Virus record (IMG/VR): IMGVR_UViG_3300032246_002821 | Location: 32,001-96,000 of that record | From: a virus | DNA length: 64,000 bases | Strand: one strand, 5' to 3' | Shown here: in pieces, positions 38,130 to 47,255 of the stretch | Layout: each line of letters opens with the position of its first letter | Position numbering within the stretch: position 1 is the first letter of the stretch | Notes under the pieces: model-generated | Told to the model about the DNA's origin: nothing | Database searches by the model: none | Seen by the model: only the letters and a program-made list of their open reading frames with translations | Position numbers and translations under genes: made by a program

Positions 38130-38349
38130 TATCGATTATTACCACTTCTGATTCGGTCTCGATCCAGACTTTAGCCCCACAGCTCAGCGGTTTGTCTGGA
38201 CTGTAGACGACAAAGCTGGGACCTAGTATTTCTACCCGGTGAGCGTATATATTACTGCGTCCACTCTTGACAGTCAATACAGGATTACGTTCCCCAGTCT
38301 TGCTGTTCTTCTTGATAACGTGTTGATTTACATGGATTTTTGTTTTCAC
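38122..38349 (-). CDS. Hypothetical phage protein
   Basis: IHVNQHVI..N..G...PVLTVK..PLSCGAKVWIET; GTG start overlaps the upstream TGA behind GAGGTGG. Confidence 0.7.
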   Translation of the reverse strand: MKTKIHVNQHVIKKNSKTGERNPVLTVKSGRSNIYAHRVEILGPSFVVYSPDKPLSCGAKVWIETESEVVIIDSE

Positions 38350-38558
38350 ATCCACCTCAGTGCATACATGACAGCATCGTCCTCATGTTCGAAATATATA
38401 TGGCTGTGTGTCCTATAATATCTGCCCTGTGTTTCATTCCTAAGCCAACCGTAGAATTCCATATCGGGCCAGTGCCTGTGTGTGCTAAACGGCAGACAGT
38501 ACCATTCCGCGATGTCATCGGGAGGTAGCATACAATGTTTAGGATCTTGAGACGTCAT
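38346..38558 (-). CDS. Small protein, C-terminal F..EED...LRW family (dispersed copy)
   Basis: Ends YFEHEDDAVMYALRWM. Confidence 0.7.
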   Translation of the reverse strand: MTSQDPKHCMLPPDDIAEWYCLPFSTHRHWPDMEFYGWLRNETQGRYYRTHSHIYFEHEDDAVMYALRWM

Positions 38559-38766
38559 GTAAAACTTTAACCTGTTTCAGGGCATCCGTCACAGTGGGAT
38601 TAGTGTTTGTAAACACTGGTCCCCATTCCTTCCACCATTTTATCATCTCTGATAATTCATGGGCTAGCTGGATGTTGATATCCTGCCCACCGTGTGTATC
38701 CTGTGCATTACCCCAGCCCAGGCTGTTGCCATAGTTGTCCTTGACAAAGACATTCTTGACTGTCAT
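38539..38766 (-). CDS. Hypothetical protein
   Basis: ATGA-coupled to the gp62-like gene. Confidence 0.6.
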   Translation of the reverse strand: MTVKNVFVKDNYGNSLGWGNAQDTHGGQDINIQLAHELSEMIKWWKEWGPVFTNTNPTVTDALKQVKVLHDVSRS

Positions 38767-39230
38767 TTCAGTGCCTCCTTGATCCGCTTATCTTCCCAAC
38801 CTAGATCGGTTAGATACTGTTTGAGTTCTTTTTCACTTATAGTTTCCGCTAATAAGTCAGCATCAGACATTTTTATATCTGGGAATATCTCACCTATCAG
38901 CTTGCCACGTTTGTTTTTGGCCTGCTTGCCTTTGAAAGCGATCCACTCGTGCTTGTGGACACCCATACCTGGACTGATGGTGGTCAACAACAACCATTGC
39001 AGCTTGGGATGGCGGCTCAGGTTCCAGAAGTTGCGATTCACCTGTTGGTTGCAGCTCTGCACATAATAGCTTTGCAATTCTCCAGCCGAACCAGCCAGGC
39101 TGGTGCCCCAGCGCAGTGCGAGATAAGTGCTGAACTTCTTCTTTTCTTCATCATTGAGCTCATCGTAGAAGCCACGATTCTTACGATCCAGCTGCGCCAT
39201 CTCATTGTTGATGTTTAATTTATCTGACAT
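38763..39230 (-). CDS. Clamp-loader small subunit (T4 gp62-like)
   Basis: D...Y..L..EEKK.FS.YL..RW.T, N...N..FW.L..HPKLQWLLL pattern; replication context. Confidence 0.65.
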   Translation of the reverse strand: MSDKLNINNEMAQLDRKNRGFYDELNDEEKKKFSTYLALRWGTSLAGSAGELQSYYVQSCNQQVNRNFWNLSRHPKLQWLLLTTISPGMGVHKHEWIAFKGKQAKNKRGKLIGEIFPDIKMSDADLLAETISEKELKQYLTDLGWEDKRIKEALK

Positions 39231-39235
39231 ATGTT

Positions 39236-39264
39236 ACTCTACTGTATATTTGATGATTTGTCAA
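39236..39264 (-). promoter_or_regulatory. Sigma70-type promoter TTGACA-N17-TAGAGT
   Basis: Immediately upstream of the gp62-like ATG. Confidence 0.55.
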
Positions 39265-39944
39265 TAGTCCAGATAGCCATAATCTCGGGGATAATATTTT
39301 TTGCCATATAATTCTATTTGTTCAGGCAGGATTGTCCTTTCAACCAGTCTTTTGTATCCTTCTATTTCCACATCTGTGAATATATCATAGTCAGGCGTAC
39401 CCAGGTATAATTTTTCGTAATCCAATAAAACTTTACCTTGATTATCGTTCTTATTGAAAAAATTATAAAAATAATAATTGCTATGATTTTTTATATTCTG
39501 CAAAAAATCATCCACAGCCAATGACCGGTTCTCCTGAACATTTGGTAAATTATTCTGGGTTAGATATCTGCCTATAGCTGGGGTCAATTCTATGTTCTTG
39601 AAAAATGCTTCGATCAAGATGGTGACATAATATTTTTTGCCGAAGGTTATTTTACAGATCTGGAAATTCCTATCCTTTATCATCTGCCTACATCCTGCGC
39701 TTAGATAAAACAAACCGTGCGAGGGGGTGAACTGATCTTTGCAATTATACAGATGATTGTCCAAAACACTGATTTCCGGAGATTTTTTTGCATAATAAGA
39801 TTGCATACTTAAATATTTTAAACTACCTCCAATAGTACTACTGGTCCTTGTTTCACTATTTTTTAAAAACATTTGTCCTGTGTTTAAAAAATTGCATAGG
39901 AAATCTCCCCTAGTGCCCCCCAGATATTCGATGATGTATTTCAT
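39261..39944 (-). CDS. AT-rich hypothetical protein, possibly sulfotransferase-like fold
   Basis: N-terminal IIEYLGGTRGDFLCNFL loop, similar to 40449-41120. Confidence 0.55.
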   Translation of the reverse strand: MKYIIEYLGGTRGDFLCNFLNTGQMFLKNSETRTSSTIGGSLKYLSMQSYYAKKSPEISVLDNHLYNCKDQFTPSHGLFYLSAGCRQMIKDRNFQICKITFGKKYYVTILIEAFFKNIELTPAIGRYLTQNNLPNVQENRSLAVDDFLQNIKNHSNYYFYNFFNKNDNQGKVLLDYEKLYLGTPDYDIFTDVEIEGYKRLVERTILPEQIELYGKKYYPRDYGYLDY

Positions 39945-39946
39945 TA

Positions 39947-40447
39947 CTATACTATCCGTTGTATGTCTATCAACTCGCTAGCACGGCTTATCTCTTTAAC
40001 GAAGTAGGCACATATAGGCTTGGGCCCGTCGCTCAGCGGCACACACAGCAGTTGGCCGTTCTTGATCTTGGGAAAATACCATCTGACGTCCTGGTACACA
40101 TCCGTGATCTCTATGGGCATGAACGCTGCACGGAAACTGCTTATGGGATTGAATGTGAACGCTTCGAATCCTCGGTCGTTCAATTTGCTCAGCGGCAGTG
40201 CTTCCAGATCTCCGATCTCCGCTTCTCCTATCAAGATGCGCCAGTTGTAGGGCATCATTATCTTGTAATCACCGATATTCAACATCAGTGCCGGATCGTT
40301 GAAACTTTCCAGGAACACCAGCGGCAGGAAATAGTAGTCTGGGTCAGTGGGATTACTGTTGTCCAGCACACAGAAACGCATATCGTCCACCTGCTCTGGC
40401 AGATTATTCATTTCAAACACTGTGTTTTCGACTGTTAATATTCTCAA
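39947..40447 (-). CDS. Hypothetical beta-rich phage protein
   Basis: 166-aa ORF in the replication block. Confidence 0.7.
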   Translation of the reverse strand: MRILTVENTVFEMNNLPEQVDDMRFCVLDNSNPTDPDYYFLPLVFLESFNDPALMLNIGDYKIMMPYNWRILIGEAEIGDLEALPLSKLNDRGFEAFTFNPISSFRAAFMPIEITDVYQDVRWYFPKIKNGQLLCVPLSDGPKPICAYFVKEISRASELIDIQRIV

Positions 40448-40448
40448 T

Positions 40449-41120
40449 TCATTTTCCTTTGTTTTTATATGTTTGTAAAAAGGGATATAATACCCAATTG
40501 GTTTCTCTGTATGATTTTATAAATTGCTTTGTCTGATCGCTCACTGGTAGATTCGTGATATCAGCAATGATATTTTCCAGATTACTGGTAGTGGAAAATA
40601 TATCCTTGAACGATATATTGTAGTCGGAAGGTATTTCAGTATGTAGATGATAATCTATCAACCGGGAATAACCGAATTGGAAAATCTCTTGGTTCAATAC
40701 TGGGTCTGAGAAATCATATTGGTTCACATCTAACTGTTTCTGATTTTTTATCAACCGGTACAGTTTGTGAGGCCAACTACGCATCAGTATGGGATTATTT
40801 TTGATGGTTTTCAACCAATACAGATCGCTGATGTTCTGCACATCGTCCTGGTCGAACGAGACATTGATTATTCGCCTGAGGAATCTTTCTTGTAAAAATT
40901 CCACATCCACACAGTTAGTGATCATTATATGATTTCTATCAATCAGATCTGCATTGTGTAGATTTATTTTCAGGTTGCTGACTGCTGGATTAGTAAAATC
41001 CATGCTGCCATCCATATTCATTTGCAACTTACAATCATCTATGGTAGCTATGATCAGGTTAGCTATGAAAGTACCAGCCGCACCACCTGGATATATCACC
41101 ATATAGTCACTTATTTTCAT
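40449..41120 (-). CDS. AT-rich hypothetical protein, possibly sulfotransferase-like fold
   Basis: N-terminal MVIYPGGAAGTFIANLI loop. Confidence 0.55.
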   Translation of the reverse strand: MKISDYMVIYPGGAAGTFIANLIIATIDDCKLQMNMDGSMDFTNPAVSNLKINLHNADLIDRNHIMITNCVDVEFLQERFLRRIINVSFDQDDVQNISDLYWLKTIKNNPILMRSWPHKLYRLIKNQKQLDVNQYDFSDPVLNQEIFQFGYSRLIDYHLHTEIPSDYNISFKDIFSTTSNLENIIADITNLPVSDQTKQFIKSYRETNWVLYPFLQTYKNKGK

Positions 41121-42571
41121 TTATACGTGACCTTTTCCTGTGTGAAGGGATAATTGGCTTCGCGGTAGAACTGCTTGCGCTGTGTGAGATGTCGCTTGGC
41201 GAACTTGCAATCGGCAGTTATGTCCCAGATCTGGACGAAGTCCTTGTCCTCAGCTTTGCGGATGCCACGTCCAATAGACTGGATAACTCGGACAAAGCTC
41301 TTTCCCGGCTCCAGCAGTACAAGATTAAAAATACGAGGAATGTTAATACCCACAGCAGCAACTCCATAGGTAGCGACAATAATCTTTCCAGTACTGGTGG
41401 CAATTTCCGCATATTCTTCCTGCCTGTCTTTGTCCTTCATTTCGCCCGATACGAACACGCTGTCCGGCAGCCTAGACACCAGTTCCTCTCCTGCGCTGAT
41501 GCGATCCACCAGCACCAGTGTGTTACCTGTCTTGTTGATCTGTGCGATCAAACCTGACAGATAGTCCAGCCGGTCGCTGTTGGTAGTCAGGTACTTGAGT
41601 TCGTTCTGATAGTTGGTGAATGCGCTGTGCTCTGTGGTCTGCACTATGTTCACGTGGCAGTTGGCCAGCACACCTTTGTCTTGTAGTTCTTTGGCACTGA
41701 GCTGTCCTATGACATCGCCCAGGCTGACTTTCAGTGCCACTTTTTCAAAGTCCTGCTTGGGTATGGTCCCGGTGAGCCCCCAACGGATGGGTATATCTCC
41801 CATGACACCAGTGAGCAGTGTCTTGAGCGCATCAGCTTTGGCCATATGCACTTCGTCCACTATCACACATACCACACCAGCTAAAAATTCCTGTATTGTC
41901 ACATCGGCTTCGTGGTTCTGTGTGTTTTTCAACATTATGTTCAGGCTTTGCCAGGTGCATATGGTATGCGTCTTGCCCAGCTCTTTGCGATCACCGAAGT
42001 AAACACCTGCATCCAGTTCCAGATTTTTGTAGTCTTTCTCGGTCTGTGTCACAAGGCTTTTGTTGGGCACGATCACGATACTGCGCCCATAGGGCTCGAC
42101 CATATTGCTCAGTGCAGCAGTCATTATTGTCTTGCCAGCACCAGTTGCCACCTCTTGCACACACTGCGGATTTTCCAGGAAGCGATTGATGATATCGATC
42201 TGATAGTCGCGCAACACTATGGGTTTACCAGCTTCAGGATGGCCTACTGGCCACACCTTATGGCTGAATGTGTCTTCGTCCACCTGGTTAAATTCAAAGG
42301 GATCACGTGCAGGACGCTGATCCTCCAGTTCGAAGTCCCAGTTACGTTCGCTCAGATACTCTATGATCTCTGGCAAGTGATTTACAAAACCGCTGCCGCC
42401 CAGCTGGAAATAGGCCTGCTTGCCATCCCATCGGCCCAGTCTTACAGCTGGCAAGTGCCTGGCATTGGGCACTTCATACTTGAACTTTGTGACAAGGCGA
42501 CGCCTAGTGTCCAGATCCAGGCCTTCGATCTTGCAGTTGACTTCGTCTTTGATAATGATTTTACACAGCAT
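41117..42571 (-). CDS. uvsW: UvsW-type SF2 DNA helicase
   Basis: LRDYQ, ATGAGKT, DEVH, GLTGT, ATYG...GINIP, QSIGRG.R. Confidence 0.92.
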   Translation of the reverse strand: MLCKIIIKDEVNCKIEGLDLDTRRRLVTKFKYEVPNARHLPAVRLGRWDGKQAYFQLGGSGFVNHLPEIIEYLSERNWDFELEDQRPARDPFEFNQVDEDTFSHKVWPVGHPEAGKPIVLRDYQIDIINRFLENPQCVQEVATGAGKTIMTAALSNMVEPYGRSIVIVPNKSLVTQTEKDYKNLELDAGVYFGDRKELGKTHTICTWQSLNIMLKNTQNHEADVTIQEFLAGVVCVIVDEVHMAKADALKTLLTGVMGDIPIRWGLTGTIPKQDFEKVALKVSLGDVIGQLSAKELQDKGVLANCHVNIVQTTEHSAFTNYQNELKYLTTNSDRLDYLSGLIAQINKTGNTLVLVDRISAGEELVSRLPDSVFVSGEMKDKDRQEEYAEIATSTGKIIVATYGVAAVGINIPRIFNLVLLEPGKSFVRVIQSIGRGIRKAEDKDFVQIWDITADCKFAKRHLTQRKQFYREANYPFTQEKVTYK

Positions 42572-42614
42572 TACTATCCAATATAATGGTTTTAGATTAC
42601 AAATACGATAAAAA

Positions 42615-42634
42615 AACACCGCTGTTGCGGTGTT
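42615..42634 (-). terminator. Intrinsic terminator
   Basis: aacaccgc-tgtt-gcggtgtt followed on the minus strand by a T-run. Confidence 0.7.
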
Positions 42635-42896
42635 AGTTTGCTATCTCTTCTTTGATATTAGGTCGTCTCTGTTCCAGCTCTTGTAGCACTTTGCTGGTCA
42701 GTTCTTTCACAGATATATCCATTCCAGTGTCTTCATTTGTTCCTGCCAGATAACCTTTGGCCACCAACCAACTCACAGTCTCATAAACACCGTATTGATG
42801 GCCGCCACAGATACCTTCGTGGTAACCGCGACGATAATTGAGGTAGATTCCCACCATAAACACTGCAAACAACAGGGCTGCTGTAATAATGTCCAT
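42633..42896 (-). CDS. Small membrane-anchored hypothetical protein
   Basis: N-terminal TM helix. Confidence 0.6.
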   Translation of the reverse strand: MDIITAALLFAVFMVGIYLNYRRGYHEGICGGHQYGVYETVSWLVAKGYLAGTNEDTGMDISVKELTSKVLQELEQRRPNIKEEIAN

Positions 42897-42905
42897 ATAA
42901 CACCT

Positions 42906-43082
42906 TTATTTTTTTGGTTTTACTTCCAGGATTTTCTGGATTGTCACCGAACCACCCACACCGTATTGCATCATGACCAGACGCTTGGCGCTCGTCTGGT
43001 CATTTGCGTTCACAGTAACAGTGAACTGTGTCTGTGGCTCGCCTTTCTTGTAGACGTAGCCTTTGATATCATATTGTTTCAT
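42906..43082 (-). CDS. Small hypothetical protein
   Basis: MKQYD start overlaps the ATPase stop (ATGA). Confidence 0.6.
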   Translation of the reverse strand: MKQYDIKGYVYKKGEPQTQFTVTVNANDQTSAKRLVMMQYGVGGSVTIQKILEVKPKK

Positions 43083-43879
43083 TTGTTTCTCATCACTGTG
43101 ACTTCCGCTACACGCTGCCAACGAGCTGGTTGGCTCTTACGCAAGTCTGCCAATTTAAGGGCAGTACGCAAGCTCATTTCGCGGAAACGTTTGGCATTAT
43201 CCCGCATAAAATCCAGGATCTCGTTCTGTTGGTCTGGATCCAGGTCATAACCTGTGAACAACTTACCAGTCTGGGCTATCTGCACGATACGCAGATATTT
43301 ATCATGCTCTGTGTCCAGGGTCAGATCAATGTAGTGACAACGACTCTGCAGAGCATTCAGGTGGTCCTGCAATTTCTTGCTCTTGATGTTCTCGAACTTG
43401 AGGTTAGTGATGAAGATAACACCGCCCTTGAAGTCGAATTTGTTGGGGATACCTTCGCGGAACAACAGACGGCTGTCTGCGTTCCAGTGGATGGTACGTT
43501 TGCGGCCAGTGTCCAGTGCAGCTTTGAGGATGTTCAAGCTGAGGTCATCCATGAGCACACTGTCACAATCGTCGAAAACCAGCACACAGCCGCTTTCGCT
43601 GAACTCATACAGTTTGGCATACAAGCCCAGGGCAGTCATAGCACCTTTGACCACCTGGTATTTGGTCTGCCCTGCCACCGCATCCACAAGGCTGGCTTCT
43701 TCCAGCTTGCGCTGTACACCATAGCTCTTGCCCACACCAGGAGGACCCACCACTATCATGCTGCGAACGTCGCCTTCTTTGACAGCTTGGGCCATATCTT
43801 CCAGGATATCGAAACGTTCAGCGATCCGTTCCATGGACTGCACATCTGCGGGTTTCAATTGCATAGTTTGCTCCATCAT
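43079..43879 (-). CDS. P-loop AAA-like ATPase of unknown function
   Basis: VVGPPGVGKS Walker A, VLVFDDCD Walker B, VIFITN, LQSRC. Confidence 0.85.
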   Translation of the reverse strand: MMEQTMQLKPADVQSMERIAERFDILEDMAQAVKEGDVRSMIVVGPPGVGKSYGVQRKLEEASLVDAVAGQTKYQVVKGAMTALGLYAKLYEFSESGCVLVFDDCDSVLMDDLSLNILKAALDTGRKRTIHWNADSRLLFREGIPNKFDFKGGVIFITNLKFENIKSKKLQDHLNALQSRCHYIDLTLDTEHDKYLRIVQIAQTGKLFTGYDLDPDQQNEILDFMRDNAKRFREMSLRTALKLADLRKSQPARWQRVAEVTVMRNK

Positions 43880-43895
43880 CTGTTGTTATAATACC

Positions 43896-43923
43896 AATAT
43901 ACAGCCTTTTTACAAAGTGTCAA
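43896..43923 (-). promoter_or_regulatory. Sigma70-type promoter TTGACA-N16-TATATT
   Basis: Upstream of the ATPase, back-to-back with a plus-strand TAAATA at 43927-43932. Confidence 0.7.
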
Positions 43924-43951
43924 GCATAAATATTCCAAACAGGAGATAAAA

Positions 43952-44278
43952 ATGGCAATTATTGTTTTAAGATGGACGGTGACCAGAACAAATTTGGATC
44001 AGCCTTTCGATGATGCTACCAATCCGTTCGAAGGATACTGGTTAAATTTACACGCACAGCAATTACGTTCTGGAGAAATTTTGGAAAAAAGTTTCCAATT
44101 CTCTCCCGATAATTTAACCAGAACAACTGTTTATCGATTCCCTGATTGGCAAACATTTGCCAGATTGACAATGGATCGCGCTCTCGACCCTCAGATCAAG
44201 AGCAAGACCTTGTTAGATGTACCGTTTATTCTAAATAACTTTGGTGGTCTTAATATCGATATACGTTACGAAGCATAA
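43952..44278 (+). CDS. Hypothetical protein
   Basis: AGGAG RBS, TAAATA upstream. Confidence 0.65.
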   Translation: MAIIVLRWTVTRTNLDQPFDDATNPFEGYWLNLHAQQLRSGEILEKSFQFSPDNLTRTTVYRFPDWQTFARLTMDRALDPQIKSKTLLDVPFILNNFGGLNIDIRYEA

Positions 44279-44976
44279 TTGCTTCTAGGATATCTTTCAC
44301 GATAATGTCTCTCGCCCGGAATTAAACTCTGGGCGATTTCATATTGACGGGGATTTTTACTACCGATCCAGGCCTCGTTATCGAACCTCCAGTGTGGTTC
44401 GGTAGGATGAGGTTTGAATTGCGTGATCTGCCTGTTTACTTTGTCTTCTGGATGAACTAAAGTGTCCAGTTTTTTCACGTAGTCGCTGCGAGCCCACCAA
44501 AAATTCCCTGAAAAATGTGGCCAAGGATCAGTATTCCAATTGGTTCCGGAACAATCATGATCTGCTAATGCAGCAACATTATCCTGCCATTTCTCGATGG
44601 CTCCCCAATTCATGAATTCACGCCAGTCCCCCACATTGGGATCTCCCCAGCGCAACAGCCCTTTCAAGTGGATGTAACAGATATAAAAATTTTCTTCGCT
44701 GGCTTTGGCCTGCTGGTGCATGAAGTTTAACGTGGGATATTCATGAAATGCAGCATGATTGCACACGGATACCAGGCGTGTCTTGGGTTTAGGTTTGCTG
44801 GCATTCTTCGCGGTTAACCAAGGTTCGAAAGTCCAGGGCTGCCCATTGGCACACACATTGATTTCTGTTACAGCTTTTTCCAAACCTGATTTTTCTATCA
44901 GGGCCCATTGTTGGTCCGCGACATCGCGCCAACCACCCAGTTCGTTCACGTGCCAAAAAACTCGAATATCAGTCAT
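44266..44976 (-). CDS. Hypothetical protein, possibly glycan-related
   Basis: YIHLKG, WREFM, HFSGNFWWARS motifs; function not established. Confidence 0.6.
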   Translation of the reverse strand: MTDIRVFWHVNELGGWRDVADQQWALIEKSGLEKAVTEINVCANGQPWTFEPWLTAKNASKPKPKTRLVSVCNHAAFHEYPTLNFMHQQAKASEENFYICYIHLKGLLRWGDPNVGDWREFMNWGAIEKWQDNVAALADHDCSGTNWNTDPWPHFSGNFWWARSDYVKKLDTLVHPEDKVNRQITQFKPHPTEPHWRFDNEAWIGSKNPRQYEIAQSLIPGERHYRERYPRSNYAS

Positions 44977-44993
44977 ATTTTACCTTGTTGATT

Positions 44994-45067
44994 TGGTGGA
45001 GAATAAGAGAGTCGAACTCTTGATTGAAGCTTGCAAAGCTACCGTTATCCCGTTTAACTAATTCCCC
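44994..45067 (-). tRNA. tRNA-Ala(UGC) with encoded CCA
   Basis: GGGGAAT/ATTCTCC acceptor with G3-U70 and A73, D arm GTTA/TAAC, anticodon loop TTTGCAA, T arm AAGAG-TTCGACT-CTCTT. Confidence 0.92.
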
Positions 45068-45076
45068 AGTATTAAA

Positions 45077-45105
45077 AGTATACTATTTACGGTTGATTCT
45101 GTCAA
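45077..45105 (-). promoter_or_regulatory. Dual promoter for the tRNA: TTGACA-N17-TATACT with TAAATA in the spacer
   Basis: Read directly, 10 nt upstream of tRNA G1; TAAATA at 45084-45089. Confidence 0.7.
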
Positions 45106-45361
45106 GCAAATCTTTCAGCACATCGATAGTCATCTGTACGTCGCGATCTGAACCCATACTCAACATCTGCTGTTGTGTTTCCAGTTCCGATTGGATCAGT
45201 TTGGTAATACGGATCCGTTCTGGTGTATCAGCACGATGCTCAGACACATTGGCGATACGATTCAAACTCTTTAGCACAACCCTGCCGAAATAGATCACAC
45301 AGCCCAACAGACCAATGTTCATCAACAGCAGCCACATATCCATCACAGTTACGAATTTCAT
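45083..45361 (-). CDS. Membrane-anchored hypothetical protein
   Basis: N-terminal TM, helical C-terminus. Confidence 0.6.
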   Translation of the reverse strand: MKFVTVMDMWLLLMNIGLLGCVIYFGRVVLKSLNRIANVSEHRADTPERIRITKLIQSELETQQQMLSMGSDRDVQMTIDVLKDLLDRINRK

Positions 45362-45370
45362 CTTGCCCTC

Positions 45371-45616
45371 TTATAAGTCATATATGTCGTTAGCCCCAAA
45401 GTTATCATAGTCTTTGAACTCTTTGGGTTGGGGTAACATCTTGGCTATGCGTTGGTCGATGTAATCGTCCAATGCCTGGCGGAATTGTTCTTTAGCAGGC
45501 TCATACCTGCTTTCCTTGATACTATCACGTTTGTTGATACTGCCACGTTGCTCGGCTTCCCAAGCATCATCAGCTGCATCCATCATCTCTTCCAGTGCTT
45601 GACAGATTTTATCCAT
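45371..45616 (-). CDS. Hypothetical protein
   Basis: Behind TTGACT-N16-TATACT (45647-45674); start uncertain. Confidence 0.6.
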   Translation of the reverse strand: MDKICQALEEMMDAADDAWEAEQRGSINKRDSIKESRYEPAKEQFRQALDDYIDQRIAKMLPQPKEFKDYDNFGANDIYDL

Positions 45617-45677
45617 AATATTATCGCCCATTACAAATTTCCTTACAGTATATAACATTTAAAAATATAGTCAATAA

Positions 45678-45701
45678 AAAAGGTGGCCTAAGCCACCTTT
45701 T
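45678..45701. terminator. Intrinsic terminator
   Basis: aaaaggtggc-ctaa-gccacctttt. Confidence 0.75.
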
Positions 45702-45722
45702 CCATACCAAGTGTGGCGATTA

Positions 45723-46280
45723 TCAGAACTTGTAGTTGAGGCCTAGAGTAACGATGTTGTTATCCTTGATCTTGGTGCCGTCGCTCCAAGTATTCACATA
45801 ACGGTAACGTGCATCTGCTTCCCAGTTCTTGGCGATAGCATACTTCACGCCACCACCCACATTATAGATTGCCTTGTTGTTGTCGCGAACGCCATCACGG
45901 AAATCGTGATTCTGGACGCCAACACCAGCTAGAGCATAAGGTGTGAAACCAAATACTGAACCAAATGGGCTTACCACACCATTGGCTGCGACGCGAGTCT
46001 CGGCCTTCTGTGCGCCCTTCTTGAACTGTTCATCGACTGTGATTTCAGTTGCGAACATTGGACTCCACTTGTATCCAACCACGCCGCCGACGGTGGCAGG
46101 GTTGTCAGTTACTGTACGATCCAACTTTACTGCACCACCAGCATTAACACCAACGTACCAGCTATCTGGTGCTTCCACTTTAGGTGGAGGGGTTGGAGTA
46201 GTCTTCTTGCTGGGCAGATCACCAGCATATGCTGAGGTGACTGACAATGCAAGGATTGCTGCTGCGATATACTTTTTCAT
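45723..46280 (-). CDS. Outer-membrane beta-barrel protein (Omp25/RopB/OmpA-TM-like)
   Basis: Signal peptide MKKYIAAAILALSVTSAYA-GDLPSKK, WYVGVNAGG, TPYALAGVG, NVGGGVKY, EARYRY, C-terminal TLGLNYKF; promoter TTGACA-N17-TATATT at 46315-46343. Confidence 0.88.
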   Translation of the reverse strand: MKKYIAAAILALSVTSAYAGDLPSKKTTPTPPPKVEAPDSWYVGVNAGGAVKLDRTVTDNPATVGGVVGYKWSPMFATEITVDEQFKKGAQKAETRVAANGVVSPFGSVFGFTPYALAGVGVQNHDFRDGVRDNNKAIYNVGGGVKYAIAKNWEADARYRYVNTWSDGTKIKDNNIVTLGLNYKF

Positions 46281-46428
46281 TTTCTTTTCCTTTTGGTTTT
46301 TATAACACCCTGTTAATATACTAAGTTTGTACAGGGTTGTCAACAATTACTTGAATTTAATTCATTGTTGATCTAGTAGCAATTTATTTATGCTTTTCAA
46401 ATCCGTTGTGCGTGTTTGCGACGCAACA

Positions 46429-47163
46429 TCACACTGCTAAAATCTGCACACTTCTGTCCAACCACTGCAAAATCAAGTCGGTTTCTTCGAAAAAACCCTT
46501 GGATTCGATGATTTCGTCCAGACAGGCGGGCAATCTCATACTATTTTTCAGATCATACAAATTATTGGTGTAATTGGGCGCATTAGTAGTCTTGTATACC
46601 ACCAGATTGATCCAACCATTTTGCTTGTCCAATTGGAAATGTGCGTCCCTGCAATCGAATCCCGTAGCAGCCAGCTGTAATATGAGATTGCTGAGTGTAT
46701 GGACGAAATACACGCCTGGTTCCACCACCAGATTTACTTTGTTGGTGTCGTTGGCCTGATTGACGCCCAATCTATAGGGCACCTGTATACACAAGCATCC
46801 ATCTGGTTTCAGGATCCTGTGCCAATTTATCAGTGTGCCCAGAGGGTTCAGACTGTATTGGAAACTATTGTGGCACCAGATCAGGTCCTGTTCAGGCAGT
46901 TCAACTTGGCTGAAATCAGTGTAGATCCATTTGATATTGGGATGGCTACGCATGATATTCACGTCAGGATACATCTCCACTGCTGTCACTTTGATGCCAT
47001 AGCTGACATTATCCCTGTTACAGAGTTCAGCCCACCACACTGCGTCCAGTCCTGCACCTGCTCCCATCACAGCTACATTTTTAATACCATCCATCCAGTC
47101 TTGGTACTTTTCCAGGATGGACAGTGTTTTTAGGCTGTATTGGTGACTTGCTAATGTATCCAT
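46429..47163 (-). CDS. Class I SAM-dependent methyltransferase
   Basis: VMGAGAGLD motif I; DLIWCHNSFQY..P...L..WHRILKPDG.L.I.VP. Confidence 0.8.
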   Translation of the reverse strand: MDTLASHQYSLKTLSILEKYQDWMDGIKNVAVMGAGAGLDAVWWAELCNRDNVSYGIKVTAVEMYPDVNIMRSHPNIKWIYTDFSQVELPEQDLIWCHNSFQYSLNPLGTLINWHRILKPDGCLCIQVPYRLGVNQANDTNKVNLVVEPGVYFVHTLSNLILQLAATGFDCRDAHFQLDKQNGWINLVVYKTTNAPNYTNNLYDLKNSMRLPACLDEIIESKGFFEETDLILQWLDRSVQILAV

Positions 47164-47255
47164 TTTTTCTTCCTCTTTGTGTTTATGCTTGCACATTGTT
47201 ATTGCATTAAAGTCTGGAATTTGTTACCATAGTTTTAAAGGAAATAAGTATTCAT

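Noticed and set aside
39947-40447. Possible Hint/intein-like fold for the beta-rich protein near uvsW
   Set aside because: No N-terminal Cys/Ser or C-terminal His-Asn; a structure search would be needed
43130-43891. 253-aa plus-strand ORF
   Set aside because: Antisense shadow of the P-loop ATPase
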